From an uncultured Rhodocyclaceae bacterium (GTDB lineage: Bacteria > Pseudomonadota > Gammaproteobacteria > Burkholderiales > Rhodocyclaceae): 64,000 nucleotides of DNA. Below are positions 28,666-39,336 of the stretch, piece by piece. The notes beneath the pieces are model-generated. The model was not told where the DNA came from. It ran no database searches and saw only the letters and a list, made by a program, of their open reading frames with translations. The stretch lies in contig CAKQRL010000001.1 of the NCBI GenBank assembly GCA_934271525.1, positions 184,314 to 248,313 of the forward strand, in the 5' to 3' direction. Position numbers and translations under genes: made by a program. The stretch's first letter is position 1. Every line of letters begins with the position of its first letter.

Positions 28666-29550
28666 TTAAACAACAAAAAAACGCCCGACCATCTCAATTA
28701 GAAATAGCAGGAAACAAAAAAACAACCACATACCAAACATGCGGTCAACCAAGCTCTCGCCGTGCAAAAGCACGGCTGATGGATTTTGGAAGTCGTCATT
28801 TTTTAAGGCTAATGCGGCTTTGCCAGAATCCGACAAAAATGCGGCGTTTTGTGCCATTGTCATCAAACAATCGGTTTTTGCCTTTGCCATGGCGCCTTCA
28901 AAATGCCCCATCAACGCATAACCGAATATGGTGATGCGAGATGGCAACCAGTCCATATAAACGAATATTGTCCAACTAAAACGCCAAAAAGGCGAGTCGC
29001 TTTCTTCAAAAACTTCAATTTTTTGCGCAAGCGATTCGGCAATTCTATAAAAAAGTGCGCCTGCTGCTCCAAAAATTAAGAAAAAATAAAGCGGCGCAAA
29101 AAAATGCCGATGCGAATCAATTAAACCTTGATTGAGTGTTTCTTCTGCAATTTTTGCGTTATCTTCATGCACGGTTTCTTCTTTTGGAATGCCGTTCATT
29201 TTTTGCCAACGGATTAAATTTTGCCGCGCGGATTCAACATGCGCGCCATTAAAATCTGAAACAATTTTGATATAAAGATTCTGGCGCGGCAAAAAATCCA
29301 AGGATACCCAAAGCAGAACCACGTTAAAAACCAAAAACACCCAAAAGGCGCAGTTATCTACCCAAAAGGAAAGAATAAAAAGCAAAAGGGCAGGCAATAT
29401 GCCAACGAACCAAGCCAGTGGCGCATCGCGTTTGTGGCCGGTTTCAAAACGGGAAAATAGCCACATTTGCAGACGCATTAGAATTTTTCGCGCATCAAAT
29501 GGGAAGAAATGCGCCAAAACCACCGCCAAGATTATTGACAAGAAACTCAT
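28666..29550 (-). CDS. AmpE-family inner membrane protein
   Basis: About 294 aa from MSFLSIILAVVLAHFF. Aligns by eye with E. coli AmpE blocks (HFFAPLYFFLIFGAAG ~ FYLAPLFWLIVGGTWG; MDWLPSRITIFGYALMGHFEGA ~ [22 protein letters not shown]). The track ORF is 107 codons longer. Confidence 0.5.
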   Translation of the reverse strand: MSFLSIILAVVLAHFFPFDARKILMRLQMWLFSRFETGHKRDAPLAWFVGILPALLLFILSFWVDNCAFWVFLVFNVVLLWVSLDFLPRQNLYIKIVSDFNGAHVESARQNLIRWQKMNGIPKEETVHEDNAKIAEETLNQGLIDSHRHFFAPLYFFLIFGAAGALFYRIAESLAQKIEVFEESDSPFWRFSWTIFVYMDWLPSRITIFGYALMGHFEGAMAKAKTDCLMTMAQNAAFLSDSGKAALALKNDDFQNPSAVLLHGESLVDRMFGMWLFFCFLLFLIEMVGRFFVV

Positions 29551-29649
29551 CTGCGGATTGCCACCTTGAAGAATGCAAAAAGGGTAACACAATTTAAACC
29601 CAATCGCATAATTTGCGATTTTCTTAAAATAAATTAAAAGTTTTGCAAT

Positions 29650-29707
29650 TTTCCACGGTAAACCTTTAAAAACTTTCAAAAAAACTTTTTGTTTACCGTG
29701 GATTTTT
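29650..29707. repeat. palindromic repeat pair (TTTTCCACGGTAAACC ... GTTTACCGTGGATTTTT)
   Basis: The TAA stop of the M50 peptidase gene lies within the second arm. Confidence 0.9.
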
Positions 29708-30350
29708 AACTGGGATAAACGGAAAAAATAAGGGCTAAAAGGCGCATAAGAAAAGCAATAGCTGGCAACATTATGCTGTTCAAAATGTTGGTGAAAAGCA
29801 AAATTAAAATAATCCAAAAGCCATAAGGTTCTATTTTGTTGAGAATTGCAGCAAGCGGTAGCGGCAACCAACCCACCGCGATTCTGCCGCCATCCAAAGG
29901 CGGAATTGGAATTAAATTTAAAACGATTAAAACCAAATTCACCAAAATACCGCTACCCGCCATCGCCACCCAAAATGTGGCATTGTTTGTGCCGTTTAAA
30001 AAGCAGAGTTTTAAAATCATCGTCCAAAAAAGCGCCATTGCCAAGTTGGCAGCGGGGCCAGCCAGCGCCACCCACGCCATATCGCGCCGCGGGTTTTTAA
30101 AAAATTGTGGATTAACCGGCACAGGCTTGGCATAACCAAACAAAAAACTACCGTTGCTAAACAACAAAATCAAAACAGGTATCAAAACCGTGCCGATGGG
30201 GTCAATGTGGCGGATGGGATTTAAAGTAATGCGCCCCATTTGTTCGGCTGTTGGGTCGCCAAAGTAGCGCGCCACATAGCCGTGCGCTGCTTCATGCAAC
30301 GTGATTGCCAAAATCACTGGTATGCTGATGGTTAAAATATTTTCAAGCAT
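29706..30350 (-). CDS. site-2 protease family (M50) membrane metalloprotease
   Basis: HEAAHG (HExxH) in a transmembrane helix, polytopic, 214 aa. Confidence 0.7.
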   Translation of the reverse strand: MLENILTISIPVILAITLHEAAHGYVARYFGDPTAEQMGRITLNPIRHIDPIGTVLIPVLILLFSNGSFLFGYAKPVPVNPQFFKNPRRDMAWVALAGPAANLAMALFWTMILKLCFLNGTNNATFWVAMAGSGILVNLVLIVLNLIPIPPLDGGRIAVGWLPLPLAAILNKIEPYGFWIILILLFTNILNSIMLPAIAFLMRLLALIFSVYPS

Positions 30351-30519
30351 TGTTTATTCTTAAAAAGTTTTGAAAATGCGCCAAGTTGCTCTGCGCTCAA
30401 CAATCGCAAAAGAAGCATTTTCTAACATTTCGCCCAAACGCCCAAACGATTTTCTACTATTGTTAAAAAATTGTTTTCTTAACATTTTGCTTAAAAAGAG
30501 TTGATAAATGGCAAATTTA

Positions 30520-30582
30520 AAAATCCACGGTCAACGGCTAAAAAATTTTAAAAAAAATCAACGTTTACCGTGGAAAAACGCC
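30520..30582. repeat. palindromic repeat pair (AAATCCACGGTCAACGG ... ACGTTTACCGTGGAAAAACGCC)
   Basis: Inverted arms upstream of the M50 gene and downstream of tsaC. Confidence 0.85.
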
Positions 30583-30605
30583 AATCGTTATTTTTTAATA
30601 TTTTT

Positions 30606-31229
30606 TTATTTTTGAAACGGCGAAACATCGCCGGCGCCGATGCGGATGATTTCAGGCGCAGCGCTTGTTAAATCAATCACCGAGGTTGGAATAACGCCGC
30701 AATGGCCAGCGTCCAACACCCAATCAATCATATTGTTTAAGCGCTCGCCGATTTCCCAGCCTTGCGTCAAAGGCTCAGAGTCGCCCGGTAGTTGTAAGGT
30801 AGCGCTTAGCATTGGTGCGTTTAGTTCTTTTAATAAACCTTGCGCCACAGCATGTGCGGGAATGCGAATGCCAATGGTTTTGCGTTTGGGGTGCATCACG
30901 CGGCGCGGCAATTCTTTGGAGCCTTCTAAAATAAACACATAAGCGCCCGGTGTGGCGGCTTTGAGCAAACGGTAACATTGGTTATCAACTTTGGAATATT
31001 GGGCAATTTCGGATAAATCCCGCACCATTAAGGTCAAGTGGTGGCGCGGGTCAAGTTGCCGAATTTCGCGAATGCGGTCAATGTTGCCTTTGTCGCCCAA
31101 GGCGCACGCCAAAATGTAGGAAGCATCGGTTGGCAAGGCAATCAGCGCGCCTTGGCGCACCACTTCTGCCGCTTGCTTCAAAAGCCGCGGCGCGGGGTGT
31201 TCGGGGTGAATTTGAACAATGCGCGTCAT
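30606..31229 (-). CDS. tsaC: L-threonylcarbamoyladenylate synthase (TsaC/YrdC family)
   Basis: 207 aa YrdC-fold (ALPTDASYILAC, KGNIDRIREIRQ). Confidence 0.8.
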   Translation of the reverse strand: MTRIVQIHPEHPAPRLLKQAAEVVRQGALIALPTDASYILACALGDKGNIDRIREIRQLDPRHHLTLMVRDLSEIAQYSKVDNQCYRLLKAATPGAYVFILEGSKELPRRVMHPKRKTIGIRIPAHAVAQGLLKELNAPMLSATLQLPGDSEPLTQGWEIGERLNNMIDWVLDAGHCGVIPTSVIDLTSAAPEIIRIGAGDVSPFQK

Positions 31230-31238
31230 TTTAAAATC

Positions 31239-32372
31239 TCAAAAAAAATCGGTGTTTACCGTGGAAAAAAGCGCTAATTCTACAAAATAGCGCGCGCCTA
31301 AGGACAAAATTTCATCGTTAAAATCATAATGCGGGTTGTGTAGCGGTGCGGAATCGCCGTTGCCAATCCATGCGTAACAACCGGGTTTTTCATCCAACAT
31401 AAAGGCAAAATCCTCAGAGGTCATTGCGGGGTTGGCTTGGGTTAAAACATTTTCTTTGCCAAAAACTTGTTGGGCAACATTTTGCGCAAATTGCGTGGCT
31501 TTGGAATGGTTGATGGTTGGCGGATAATGCGGTGTTAAATGCGATTGCACCAAAATGCCAAAACCCGCCGCAATGCCTTCTGCCATTTGGCGAATCTTGG
31601 GGAGAATTGTGTTTTCCAAAAGCGCTTTGTCAAAATAGCGCAGCGTTCCAGTTAGTTTTGCCACAGGCGGCAACACGTTAAAAGTATCGCCCGCGTGAAA
31701 TTGTGTAATGCTCAACACAAGCGGGTTTTGCGCCGATTTTTGCCGTTGAATAAAAGCTTGAAGCGTTGTAACAAAACTTGATGCCGCCAAAATCACATCA
31801 TCGCCTTCAAAAGGCAAAGCGGCGTGGCAACCGCGCCCAGAAAATTCAAATGCCACGTGGCAATTTCCTGCCATAATTGCGCCCGGGAACAACGCCATTT
31901 TGCCTGCTGCAAGCCCCGGCCAGTTGTGCAGTGCAAAAACGGCGCGGCAGGGAAATTGTTCAAATAAGCCGTCCTCAATCATTGCTTTTGCGCCTGCTCC
32001 GCCTTCTTCGGCAGGTTGAAAAATGAATGCCACGTTGCCTTTGAAGTCTTGCGATTCGGTTAAGATTTTTGCCGCTTTTAAAAGCATTGCCATATGCCCA
32101 TCGTGCCCGCAGGCGTGCATTTTGCCAAGATTTATAGAAGCGTAGGGTTTTTCGGTTTTTTCTAAAATTGGCAAAGCGTCCATGTCGGCTCTTAAACCGA
32201 TCAAGGGCGCAGAGTCGCTTCTTTTTAAGTGCGCAACCACGCCCGTTTTGCCAAGATTTTCTACAATTGGCAAACCTAATTTTTTCAAAAAATCTGCCAC
32301 AAAAGCGGCTGTGGCGTTTTCTTCATAAGCCGTTTCAGGATGCGCGTGCAAATGTTGGCGAATGTTTTTCAT
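31239..32372 (-). CDS. M20-family amidohydrolase (hippurate hydrolase / N-acyl-L-amino acid amidohydrolase-like)
   Basis: 377 aa. M20D motifs (HACGHDGH, metal-binding residues). Confidence 0.8.
   Translation of the reverse strand: MKNIRQHLHAHPETAYEENATAAFVADFLKKLGLPIVENLGKTGVVAHLKRSDSAPLIGLRADMDALPILEKTEKPYASINLGKMHACGHDGHMAMLLKAAKILTESQDFKGNVAFIFQPAEEGGAGAKAMIEDGLFEQFPCRAVFALHNWPGLAAGKMALFPGAIMAGNCHVAFEFSGRGCHAALPFEGDDVILAASSFVTTLQAFIQRQKSAQNPLVLSITQFHAGDTFNVLPPVAKLTGTLRYFDKALLENTILPKIRQMAEGIAAGFGILVQSHLTPHYPPTINHSKATQFAQNVAQQVFGKENVLTQANPAMTSEDFAFMLDEKPGCYAWIGNGDSAPLHNPHYDFNDEILSLGARYFVELALFSTVNTDFF
31252..31270. repeat. single repeat arm (GTGTTTACCGTGGAAAAAA)
   Basis: Between tsaC and the M20 gene. 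Confidence 0.8.
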
Positions 32373-32797
32373 TTTAAAAGTTCCTCCAAGCGTGCCATGT
32401 GGTCAAGGTTGGCGTGGTGGTAAGCGGATTTCACATAGTCTGCCAAATGCGCGTGTTCATTTGCCAAATCGCTGGTTTCATAAGCAAAGGTTAAGGCAAA
32501 ACCTTGGGATTCATCGCCTTCAATGGTGATGGTTAAATTGCCGCTCACATGCTCGCCCGAAGGAATTACATCAAAGGACAACCACGTTTCTTCTTGCCAG
32601 CGCACAATGTCGCGCACCACAATGTTGTTGGCAAAATGCAAGCGGCGAAAAATGGCATCATTTTTTCGTTCCACAATCGCAAAATTTTCCAGTGCGGCTA
32701 AAAATTGTGCGGGGTTTTCCACGCGCTCCCACAAGGCGCGCCACAAGTTGGGTCTGGTGGATTTGGCTTGAAGTTGTAAAGTTTCTTTAAAAATCAT
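32369..32797 (-). CDS. hypothetical protein (142 aa)
   Basis: ORF with overlapping stop/start coupling to the M20 gene. No family assignable from sequence alone. Confidence 0.5.
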   Translation of the reverse strand: MIFKETLQLQAKSTRPNLWRALWERVENPAQFLAALENFAIVERKNDAIFRRLHFANNIVVRDIVRWQEETWLSFDVIPSGEHVSGNLTITIEGDESQGFALTFAYETSDLANEHAHLADYVKSAYHHANLDHMARLEELLK

Positions 32798-32815
32798 CGT
32801 GGTAGACTGCGCAAA

Positions 32816-33505
32816 ATGATGGCATTAGAAAAAATTTTACAAAAAGAAGGCTTTGGCACGCGCCGCGCCTGCCGCCGTTTGATTGAAAGCGGCGCAGTGA
32901 AAGTTCAGGGCATTGTTTGCCAAAATCCAAGTGCGTTATTTTCTCAAAAAAATTTGCCGTTGACCGTGGAAAACTGCGATTTTTTAGCAAAAGAAAAGGT
33001 CATTTTGGCGTTCAACAAACCCGTGGGCGTGGAATGTTCGCAAAAATCTTTTCACCAAAGCATTTTTTCTTTCATTCCGCAACGCTTTGTTAATCGCGCA
33101 ATCCAGCCGATTGGGCGCTTGGATGTGGCAACATCTGGCTTGATTTTTTTAACAGACGATGGGCAGTTGAATCATTTTTTAACTCTTCCTAAAAACAAAA
33201 TCCCGCGTGTTTATATTGCCGAATGCGCCGAACCGTTGGCAGAAAACGCTTGTGCGCGCTTAAAAAAAGGTATTTTGTTGAAAAACGAAAAAATAAAAAC
33301 CATCGCCGAATCGGCAGAATTGTTGGATGAAAAAACGCTCAAAATTACGCTTTCAAGCGGCAAATACCACGAAGTGCGGCGCCTTGTCGGCGCGCTCAAC
33401 AATCGCGTTGTGGCTTTAAAACGCGTGGCTTTTGGCAAATTTTTTCTACCCGATGATTTGGCGCTTGGCGAATTTTTGGAAATAGAAAAGGATGCAATTT
33501 TATGA
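32816..33505 (+). CDS. rsuA: 16S rRNA pseudouridine(516) synthase RsuA
   Basis: N-terminal S4 domain (LEKILQKEGFGTRRACRRLIESGAVKV) and pseudouridine synthase motif GRLDVATSGL. Confidence 0.85.
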   Translation: MMALEKILQKEGFGTRRACRRLIESGAVKVQGIVCQNPSALFSQKNLPLTVENCDFLAKEKVILAFNKPVGVECSQKSFHQSIFSFIPQRFVNRAIQPIGRLDVATSGLIFLTDDGQLNHFLTLPKNKIPRVYIAECAEPLAENACARLKKGILLKNEKIKTIAESAELLDEKTLKITLSSGKYHEVRRLVGALNNRVVALKRVAFGKFFLPDDLALGEFLEIEKDAIL

Positions 33506-34422
33506 TGACGCTTACCGAAATCCGCTACGTTGTGGCATTGGCGCACGAAAAGCATTTTGGGCGCGCGGCTTCGCGTTGTTTTGTCAGCCAACCGACTTTG
33601 TCTTTGGCGATTAAAAAAGTGGAATCTCGCTTAAATGCGGCGTTGTTTGAACGTATGGCAGAAGGTGTGAGTTTAACGCCTTTTGGTCAGAGCTTTTTGC
33701 CGCAAGCTGAGCGGGTTTTAGAAGAAGCCTTGCATTTAAAAGAATTGGCGCAAACGGCAGCCAACCCGTTATCTGGCCCGCTGCGCATTGGCGTGATTTA
33801 TAGCGTAGCGCCGTATTTGTTGCCGCCTTTGGTTGTTGCTATGCACCAAACCGCGCCGCAAATGCCGCTTTTTTTAAAAGAAGATTTCACCCAACAACTT
33901 ATTTTTGATTTAAAAAGCGATGCCATTGATATTGCCATTTTGGCTTTGCCAATCAATGAGCCCGGTTTGGTAACCAAACCGCTTTATGAAGAAGATTTTT
34001 GCGTGATTGCGCCCAAAAATCACCCATTTAGCAAACACAAAAAAATCAAACGCGCTATGTTGGATGAAGCGCCCGTTTTGTTATTAGGACAAGGCAATTG
34101 TTTTCGCGACCAAGTGTTGGAATCCTGCCCGAATTTGAATAAAAATGAACAACCTTTGAGCGGCATTGAAGGCAATTCATTGGAAACCTTGCGCTATATG
34201 GTGGCAAGTGGCGTGGGCGTGGCGATTGTGCCGATGAGTGCGCTCAACCCCAAAATGCAAAAAAACGATTTGATTTGCAGCATTGCCTTTGCTGAACCTG
34301 TGCCAAGCCGCACCATTGCGCTTGTGTGGCGGGTGAGTTTTCCGCGCACTCAAACAATAGACGTTTTGCAATCCGCCATTTTGTCTTGCCCTTTGTTTGG
34401 CGTTCGGGCTTTAACAAAATGA
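33502..34422 (+). CDS. oxyR: LysR-family transcriptional regulator, OxyR-like peroxide sensor
   Basis: N-terminal HTH (MTLTEIRYVVALAHEKHFGRAASRCFVSQPTLSLAIKKVE) and a redox Cys pair spaced 9 apart (GNCFRDQVLESC), like OxyR C199/C208. Confidence 0.75.
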   Translation: MMTLTEIRYVVALAHEKHFGRAASRCFVSQPTLSLAIKKVESRLNAALFERMAEGVSLTPFGQSFLPQAERVLEEALHLKELAQTAANPLSGPLRIGVIYSVAPYLLPPLVVAMHQTAPQMPLFLKEDFTQQLIFDLKSDAIDIAILALPINEPGLVTKPLYEEDFCVIAPKNHPFSKHKKIKRAMLDEAPVLLLGQGNCFRDQVLESCPNLNKNEQPLSGIEGNSLETLRYMVASGVGVAIVPMSALNPKMQKNDLICSIAFAEPVPSRTIALVWRVSFPRTQTIDVLQSAILSCPLFGVRALTK

Positions 34423-34457
34423 TAAAATGGCGACTTTTTTTAGCCAAGCGAGTCATT

Positions 34458-35402
34458 ATGAACAACGCCCTTTTTGAATCCGACATTCAAAGTTTAAATC
34501 TTATTAACCGCGGCAAAGTGCGCGATATTTACGCCATTGATAGCGAAAAAATGCTCATCATCACCACCGACCGCTTATCTGCTTTTGATGTGATTTTGCC
34601 CGACCCGATTCCTTTAAAAGGTTCGGTGCTAACGGCAATTTCCAATTTTTGGTTTGATAAATTAAGCGATATTACTCCGAATCATTTAACCGGCATTGCG
34701 CCAGAAGATGTGGTAATGCCTAACGAAATTCCACAAGTTAAAAACCGCGCCGTTGTGGTGCAACGCTTAAAACCCTTGCCACTGGAAGCTGTTGTGCGCG
34801 GTTATTTGATTGGTTCAGGCTACAAAGATTACATGGCAACGGGTGCTGTTTGTGGCATTGAATTGCCGCGCGGTTTGGTGCTGGCAAGCAAATTGCCACA
34901 AACGATTTTTACACCAGCCACCAAAGCCGAAGTAGGCGCACACGATGAAAATGTTTCTTTGGAGATCATCATTCAAAATATTGACAAAGCCTACGGCGAT
35001 TTTTTAAAAACCCACGGCACCAACGCCGAAGAAATTGCCCATTCTGTTCGCGCCAAAGCCGTGGAACTCTACGAAGTGGCGGCACTGCACGCCGAAGACC
35101 GCGGCATTATCATTGCCGACACCAAGTTTGAGTTTGGCTTGGATGAAAACGCCAAACTAATTTTGATGGACGAAGCATTAACGCCCGACTCATCGCGCTT
35201 TTGGCCGGCGGATATGTGGGTGGAAGGTCAAAACCCGCCATCTTTTGACAAACAAAGCGTGCGCGATTATTTAGAAACGCTTGATTGGAACAAAAAAGCG
35301 CCCGGGCCAAAATTGCCTGATTCCATCATTCAAATGACCTCTGAAAATTACGTGATGGCTTTTGAGCGCTTGACCGCTTTATCCAAAGACGATTTGTTTT
35401 GA
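34458..35402 (+). CDS. purC: phosphoribosylaminoimidazole-succinocarboxamide synthase PurC
   Basis: 314 aa long-form SAICAR synthetase (KVRDIYAIDSEKMLIITTDRLSAFDVIL). Confidence 0.9.
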   Translation: MNNALFESDIQSLNLINRGKVRDIYAIDSEKMLIITTDRLSAFDVILPDPIPLKGSVLTAISNFWFDKLSDITPNHLTGIAPEDVVMPNEIPQVKNRAVVVQRLKPLPLEAVVRGYLIGSGYKDYMATGAVCGIELPRGLVLASKLPQTIFTPATKAEVGAHDENVSLEIIIQNIDKAYGDFLKTHGTNAEEIAHSVRAKAVELYEVAALHAEDRGIIIADTKFEFGLDENAKLILMDEALTPDSSRFWPADMWVEGQNPPSFDKQSVRDYLETLDWNKKAPGPKLPDSIIQMTSENYVMAFERLTALSKDDLF

Positions 35403-35405
35403 TGA

Positions 35406-35462
35406 TTTTCCACGGTAAACGCCAAAAAATTTTCAAAAAAATGCAAGGTTTACCGTGGAATT
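35406..35462. repeat. palindromic repeat pair (TTTTCCACGGTAAACGCC ... GGTTTACCGTGGAA)
   Basis: Inverted arms with an AAAAAATTTTCAAAAAAATGCAAG spacer between purC and guaA. Confidence 0.9.
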
Positions 35463-35493
35463 TGGCGCAAAAAAACGGCGCAAAGGAATAAAA

Positions 35494-37029
35494 ATGCACA
35501 AAATTTTGATTTTGGATTTTGGCTCGCAATTTTCTAAACTCATCGCGCGGCGCGTGCGGGAGTTGCAGGTTTATTGCGAAATTCACCCGTTTGACGTCTC
35601 TGAATCCTTTATCCGCAATTTTGCGCCCAAAGGCATTATTTTGTCGGGCGGACCAAATTCCGTTAATGATAGCGACTTTAAAGCGCCTGAAATTGTTTTT
35701 AAACTGGGCGTGCCGGTTTTAGGCATTTGCTACGGTATGCAAACAATGGCAACACAGTTGGGCGGTGCGGTTGAAAAATCCGCCACGCGCGAGTTTGGTT
35801 CTGCGCGCATCAATATTTCTGCCGAATCGCCTTTGTTTTCTTCGGTTTTGGAGGGCGCCAACTTTTTGGACGTTTGGATGAGCCACGGCGACAAGGTTGT
35901 TGCCGCGCCAAGCGGTTTTAGCATCATCGCGCAAAACGAATCTTGCCCTATCGCCGCTTTTGCCGATGAAACCCGCCATTTTTACGGCTTACAATTCCAC
36001 CCCGAAGTAACGCACACTTCACGCGGTGAGGCGATTTTTGAATCCTTTTTGCATACCATTTGCGGTTGCGACAACGCTTGGACAATGCCGCATTTTTTGG
36101 AAGAATCGGTGATTAAAATCCAAAAAGAAGTAGGCACAGATGAAGTGATTTTGGGGCTTTCGGGCGGCGTGGATTCTTCCGTTGTGGCAGCGCTTTTGCA
36201 TCGCGCCATCGGCACGCAACTGACTTGCGTTTTTGTGGATAACGGGCTGTTGCGCTTAAACGAAGCACAACACGTTTTGGATACTTTTCGTGCGCATTTG
36301 GGCGCGCGCGTGGTGTTTGTTGATGCATCTGATCGCTTTATGAACGCTTTAAAGGGCATTAGTGATCCAGAAAAAAAACGCAAAATCATCGGGCGCGAAT
36401 TTGTTGCTGTTTTTGAAGAAGAAGCGCAAAAATTGCCAAAAGCCAAATGGTTGGCGCAAGGCACAATTTACCCAGACGTGATTGAATCGGCAAAAGGTTC
36501 AAAAGCACAAACAATTAAAAGCCACCACAACGTGGGCGGTTTGCCTGAAACCTTGAATTTAAAACTTTTGGAACCCTTAAAAGAGTTATTCAAAGACGAA
36601 GTGCGGCGCTTGGGCGTGGCATTGGGGTTGCCTGAAAAAATGGTCTACCGCCATCCTTTTCCCGGGCCGGGCTTGGGCGTTAGAATTTTGGGCGAGGTAA
36701 AGCGCGAATTTGCGGATTTGTTGCGGCAGGCGGATGCCATTTTTATTGAAGAATTGGAAAAATCAGGCTGGTATTTAAAAACCAGCCAAGCCTTTGCGGT
36801 GTTTTTGCCGGTGAAGTCGGTAGGCGTGATGGGCGATGCGCGAACTTATGAATATGTTGTGGCTTTGCGCGCCGTGGAAACGCAAGATTTTATGACTGCC
36901 CGCTGGGCAGAATTGCCACACGCTTTGCTTGCCAAAATTAGCAACCGCATTATTAATGAAGTCTCGGGCATCAACCGCGTGGTCTATGATATCTCCACCA
37001 AACCCCCCGCCACAATTGAATGGGAATAA
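35494..37029 (+). CDS. guaA: GMP synthase (glutamine-hydrolysing) GuaA
   Basis: GATase domain ([15 protein letters not shown]) plus ATP-PPase SGGVDSSV and a C-terminal dimerisation domain ending ...IEWE. Confidence 0.95.
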   Translation: MHKILILDFGSQFSKLIARRVRELQVYCEIHPFDVSESFIRNFAPKGIILSGGPNSVNDSDFKAPEIVFKLGVPVLGICYGMQTMATQLGGAVEKSATREFGSARINISAESPLFSSVLEGANFLDVWMSHGDKVVAAPSGFSIIAQNESCPIAAFADETRHFYGLQFHPEVTHTSRGEAIFESFLHTICGCDNAWTMPHFLEESVIKIQKEVGTDEVILGLSGGVDSSVVAALLHRAIGTQLTCVFVDNGLLRLNEAQHVLDTFRAHLGARVVFVDASDRFMNALKGISDPEKKRKIIGREFVAVFEEEAQKLPKAKWLAQGTIYPDVIESAKGSKAQTIKSHHNVGGLPETLNLKLLEPLKELFKDEVRRLGVALGLPEKMVYRHPFPGPGLGVRILGEVKREFADLLRQADAIFIEELEKSGWYLKTSQAFAVFLPVKSVGVMGDARTYEYVVALRAVETQDFMTARWAELPHALLAKISNRIINEVSGINRVVYDISTKPPATIEWE

Positions 37030-37039
37030 AAACCAAATA

Positions 37040-37080
37040 TCCACGGTAAACGCAAATTTTTTTGCGTTTGCCGTGAAAAA
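37040..37080. repeat. palindromic repeat pair (TCCACGGTAAACGC ... GCGTTTGCCGTGAAAAA, second arm degenerate)
   Basis: Downstream of guaA; terminator-like. Confidence 0.8.
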
Positions 37081-37128
37081 AAGCATAAAATGCACGCCTT
37101 TTAACCATTTAAGAAAGTGGCACGATTT

Positions 37129-37978
<850 letters not shown>

Positions 37979-37988
37979 TTTTCAAAAT

Positions 37989-38105
37989 TCCACGGTAAAC
38001 GTTTTGTTTTTTATCGCTGTTGATCGTGAAAAGTCATTTTTTCGCAAAAATCCACGGTAAACGCTAAAAAGTTTTGACAAAAAGAATCCGTTCACCGTGG
38101 ATTTT
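37989..38105. repeat. cluster of repeat arms (TTCCACGGTAAACG; degenerate TGATCGTGAAAAG; TCCACGGTAAACGC; CGTTCACCGTGGATTTT)
   Basis: Intergenic region between the FkbM gene and hxlR. Confidence 0.85.
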
Positions 38106-38119
38106 GGTTGTTTTGAAAA

Positions 38120-38461
38120 TCAGCTTTCGTTTTTGTAGCTTTTTCCCCAAGCGGAAAGGCTCTCCAAAATGGTGTTGAGTGATTCGCCTAATGGCGTAAG
38201 CGCGTATTCCACTTTGGGTGGAACTTCGGCAAAAACCTTGCGTTTGACGATTTTCGCTTCTTCCAACTCGCGCAAGTTTTGCGTTAAAACCTTTTGCGAA
38301 ATGCTTTGATTTTTGGTGTGCGAGACCGATTTTTTCAATTCGCCAAAACGCATTTTGCCTGCCAACAAATCGCGGATAATCAAAAACTTCCATTTGTTGC
38401 CAATGATATTGAGCGTCGTTTCAATCGGGCAGGGTGAAAAATATTTTTTCTTTGTAGTCAT
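38120..38461 (-). CDS. HxlR-family winged-helix transcriptional regulator
   Basis: 113 aa, CPIETTLNIIGNKWKFLIIRDLLAGKMRFGEL pattern typical of HxlR-type HTH. Confidence 0.75.
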   Translation of the reverse strand: MTTKKKYFSPCPIETTLNIIGNKWKFLIIRDLLAGKMRFGELKKSVSHTKNQSISQKVLTQNLRELEEAKIVKRKVFAEVPPKVEYALTPLGESLNTILESLSAWGKSYKNES

Positions 38462-38590
38462 TGTAATTCCTAAAAGGTATCCAAAAGGTGCTTATCGCAT
38501 AAAAAAGTGCTTACTTGTTTTTATGTATCAACACGTCTAAATTAAAGCTACCCGCTGTTGGGTTGTCAAGCATTTTAAAAGGATATTGCA

Positions 38591-38938
38591 ATGAAAAAAT
38601 TCAGCAAAATTACGTTGGAAACTACGCCGCGTGTGGAATTGAAGGAAACCTTGTCGCTAACAGGGTGTGAGATTTCGCACAATATTTTGAAAGCCGGGCA
38701 GGCGGTGCCTTTTTTTCACGCGCATAAAGAAAATGAAGAGATTTATTTCTTCATTGAAGGCAACGGAGCGATGGTGTTGGATGGTGAAAAAATCGCCGTT
38801 GGGAAAAATGACATTCTCAGGGTGTCGCCGCCTGTGATGCGCAAGATGCGTGCTGTTACGGATTTGCGTTATTTGTGCATTCAAGTTAAAGAAAATTCTT
38901 TGACGCAGTGGACGAAGGAAGACGCGATTTGCGCATAA
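38591..38938 (+). CDS. cupin-domain protein, divergent from the HxlR regulator
   Basis: 115 aa with cupin-like G(x)5HxH...E pattern (PFFHAHKENEEIYFFIEGNG). HxlR/cupin pairs are a common arrangement. Confidence 0.6.
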   Translation: MKKFSKITLETTPRVELKETLSLTGCEISHNILKAGQAVPFFHAHKENEEIYFFIEGNGAMVLDGEKIAVGKNDILRVSPPVMRKMRAVTDLRYLCIQVKENSLTQWTKEDAICA

Positions 38939-38948
38939 ATCTTTGATT

Positions 38949-38995
38949 TTACACGGTAAACTTCAAAAAAATTGCGGGTTTACCGTGGATTTTTG
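38949..38995. repeat. palindromic repeat pair (TTACACGGTAAAC ... GGGTTTACCGTGGATTTTT)
   Basis: Downstream of the cupin gene. Confidence 0.85.
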
Positions 38996-39036
38996 TTTTT
39001 GTAAAATAAAGCCGTTTTTTTTAAAGGAGCTAAAAA

Positions 39037-39237
39037 ATGGATAAATTGTTTGCTGATATGACTCCCGAAGAATACGAAGCGGTGATGGCAGAAATTGAAG
39101 AGCAAGACAGAGAACAGCGCGCAGAATGGGAAGCAATGATGGAAATTGTGTGCGAAGTGCAATGGATAGAGCAGATTTTGGATAGCGTTGCTGCGGATTT
39201 TGAAAAAGATTCCGGGCTTTATATGCGCTTTTATTAA
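39037..39237 (+). CDS. small acidic hypothetical protein (66 aa)
   Basis: Strong Shine-Dalgarno (AAAGGAGCT-N6-ATG), strongly acidic sequence (MDKLFADMTPEEYEAVMAEIEEQDREQRAEWEAMMEIV...), followed by a clean terminator. Confidence 0.5.
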   Translation: MDKLFADMTPEEYEAVMAEIEEQDREQRAEWEAMMEIVCEVQWIEQILDSVAADFEKDSGLYMRFY

Positions 39238-39274
39238 AACGAAAAGTCGCTGTGCGATTTTTTGCAGATAAAAG

Positions 39275-39302
39275 AAAACCCCGCATTCTGCGGGGTTTTT
39301 TG
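39275..39302. terminator. bidirectional rho-independent terminator (AAAACCCCGCATTCTGCGGGGTTTTTTG)
   Basis: GC stem CCCCGCA/TGCGGGG flanked by A-run and T-run, between the convergent small ORF and phaC. Confidence 0.85.
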
Positions 39303-39336
39303 ATTCGGTTTTAAAACCTAAAACTTTTGAAAGCGC

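Noticed and set aside
30351-30520. Short direct repeats (TTTCTAACATTTCGCCCAAACG / TTCTTAACATTTTGC) upstream of the M50 peptidase gene as a regulatory array.
   Set aside because: Only two imperfect copies. Indistinguishable from chance in A/T-rich intergenic DNA.
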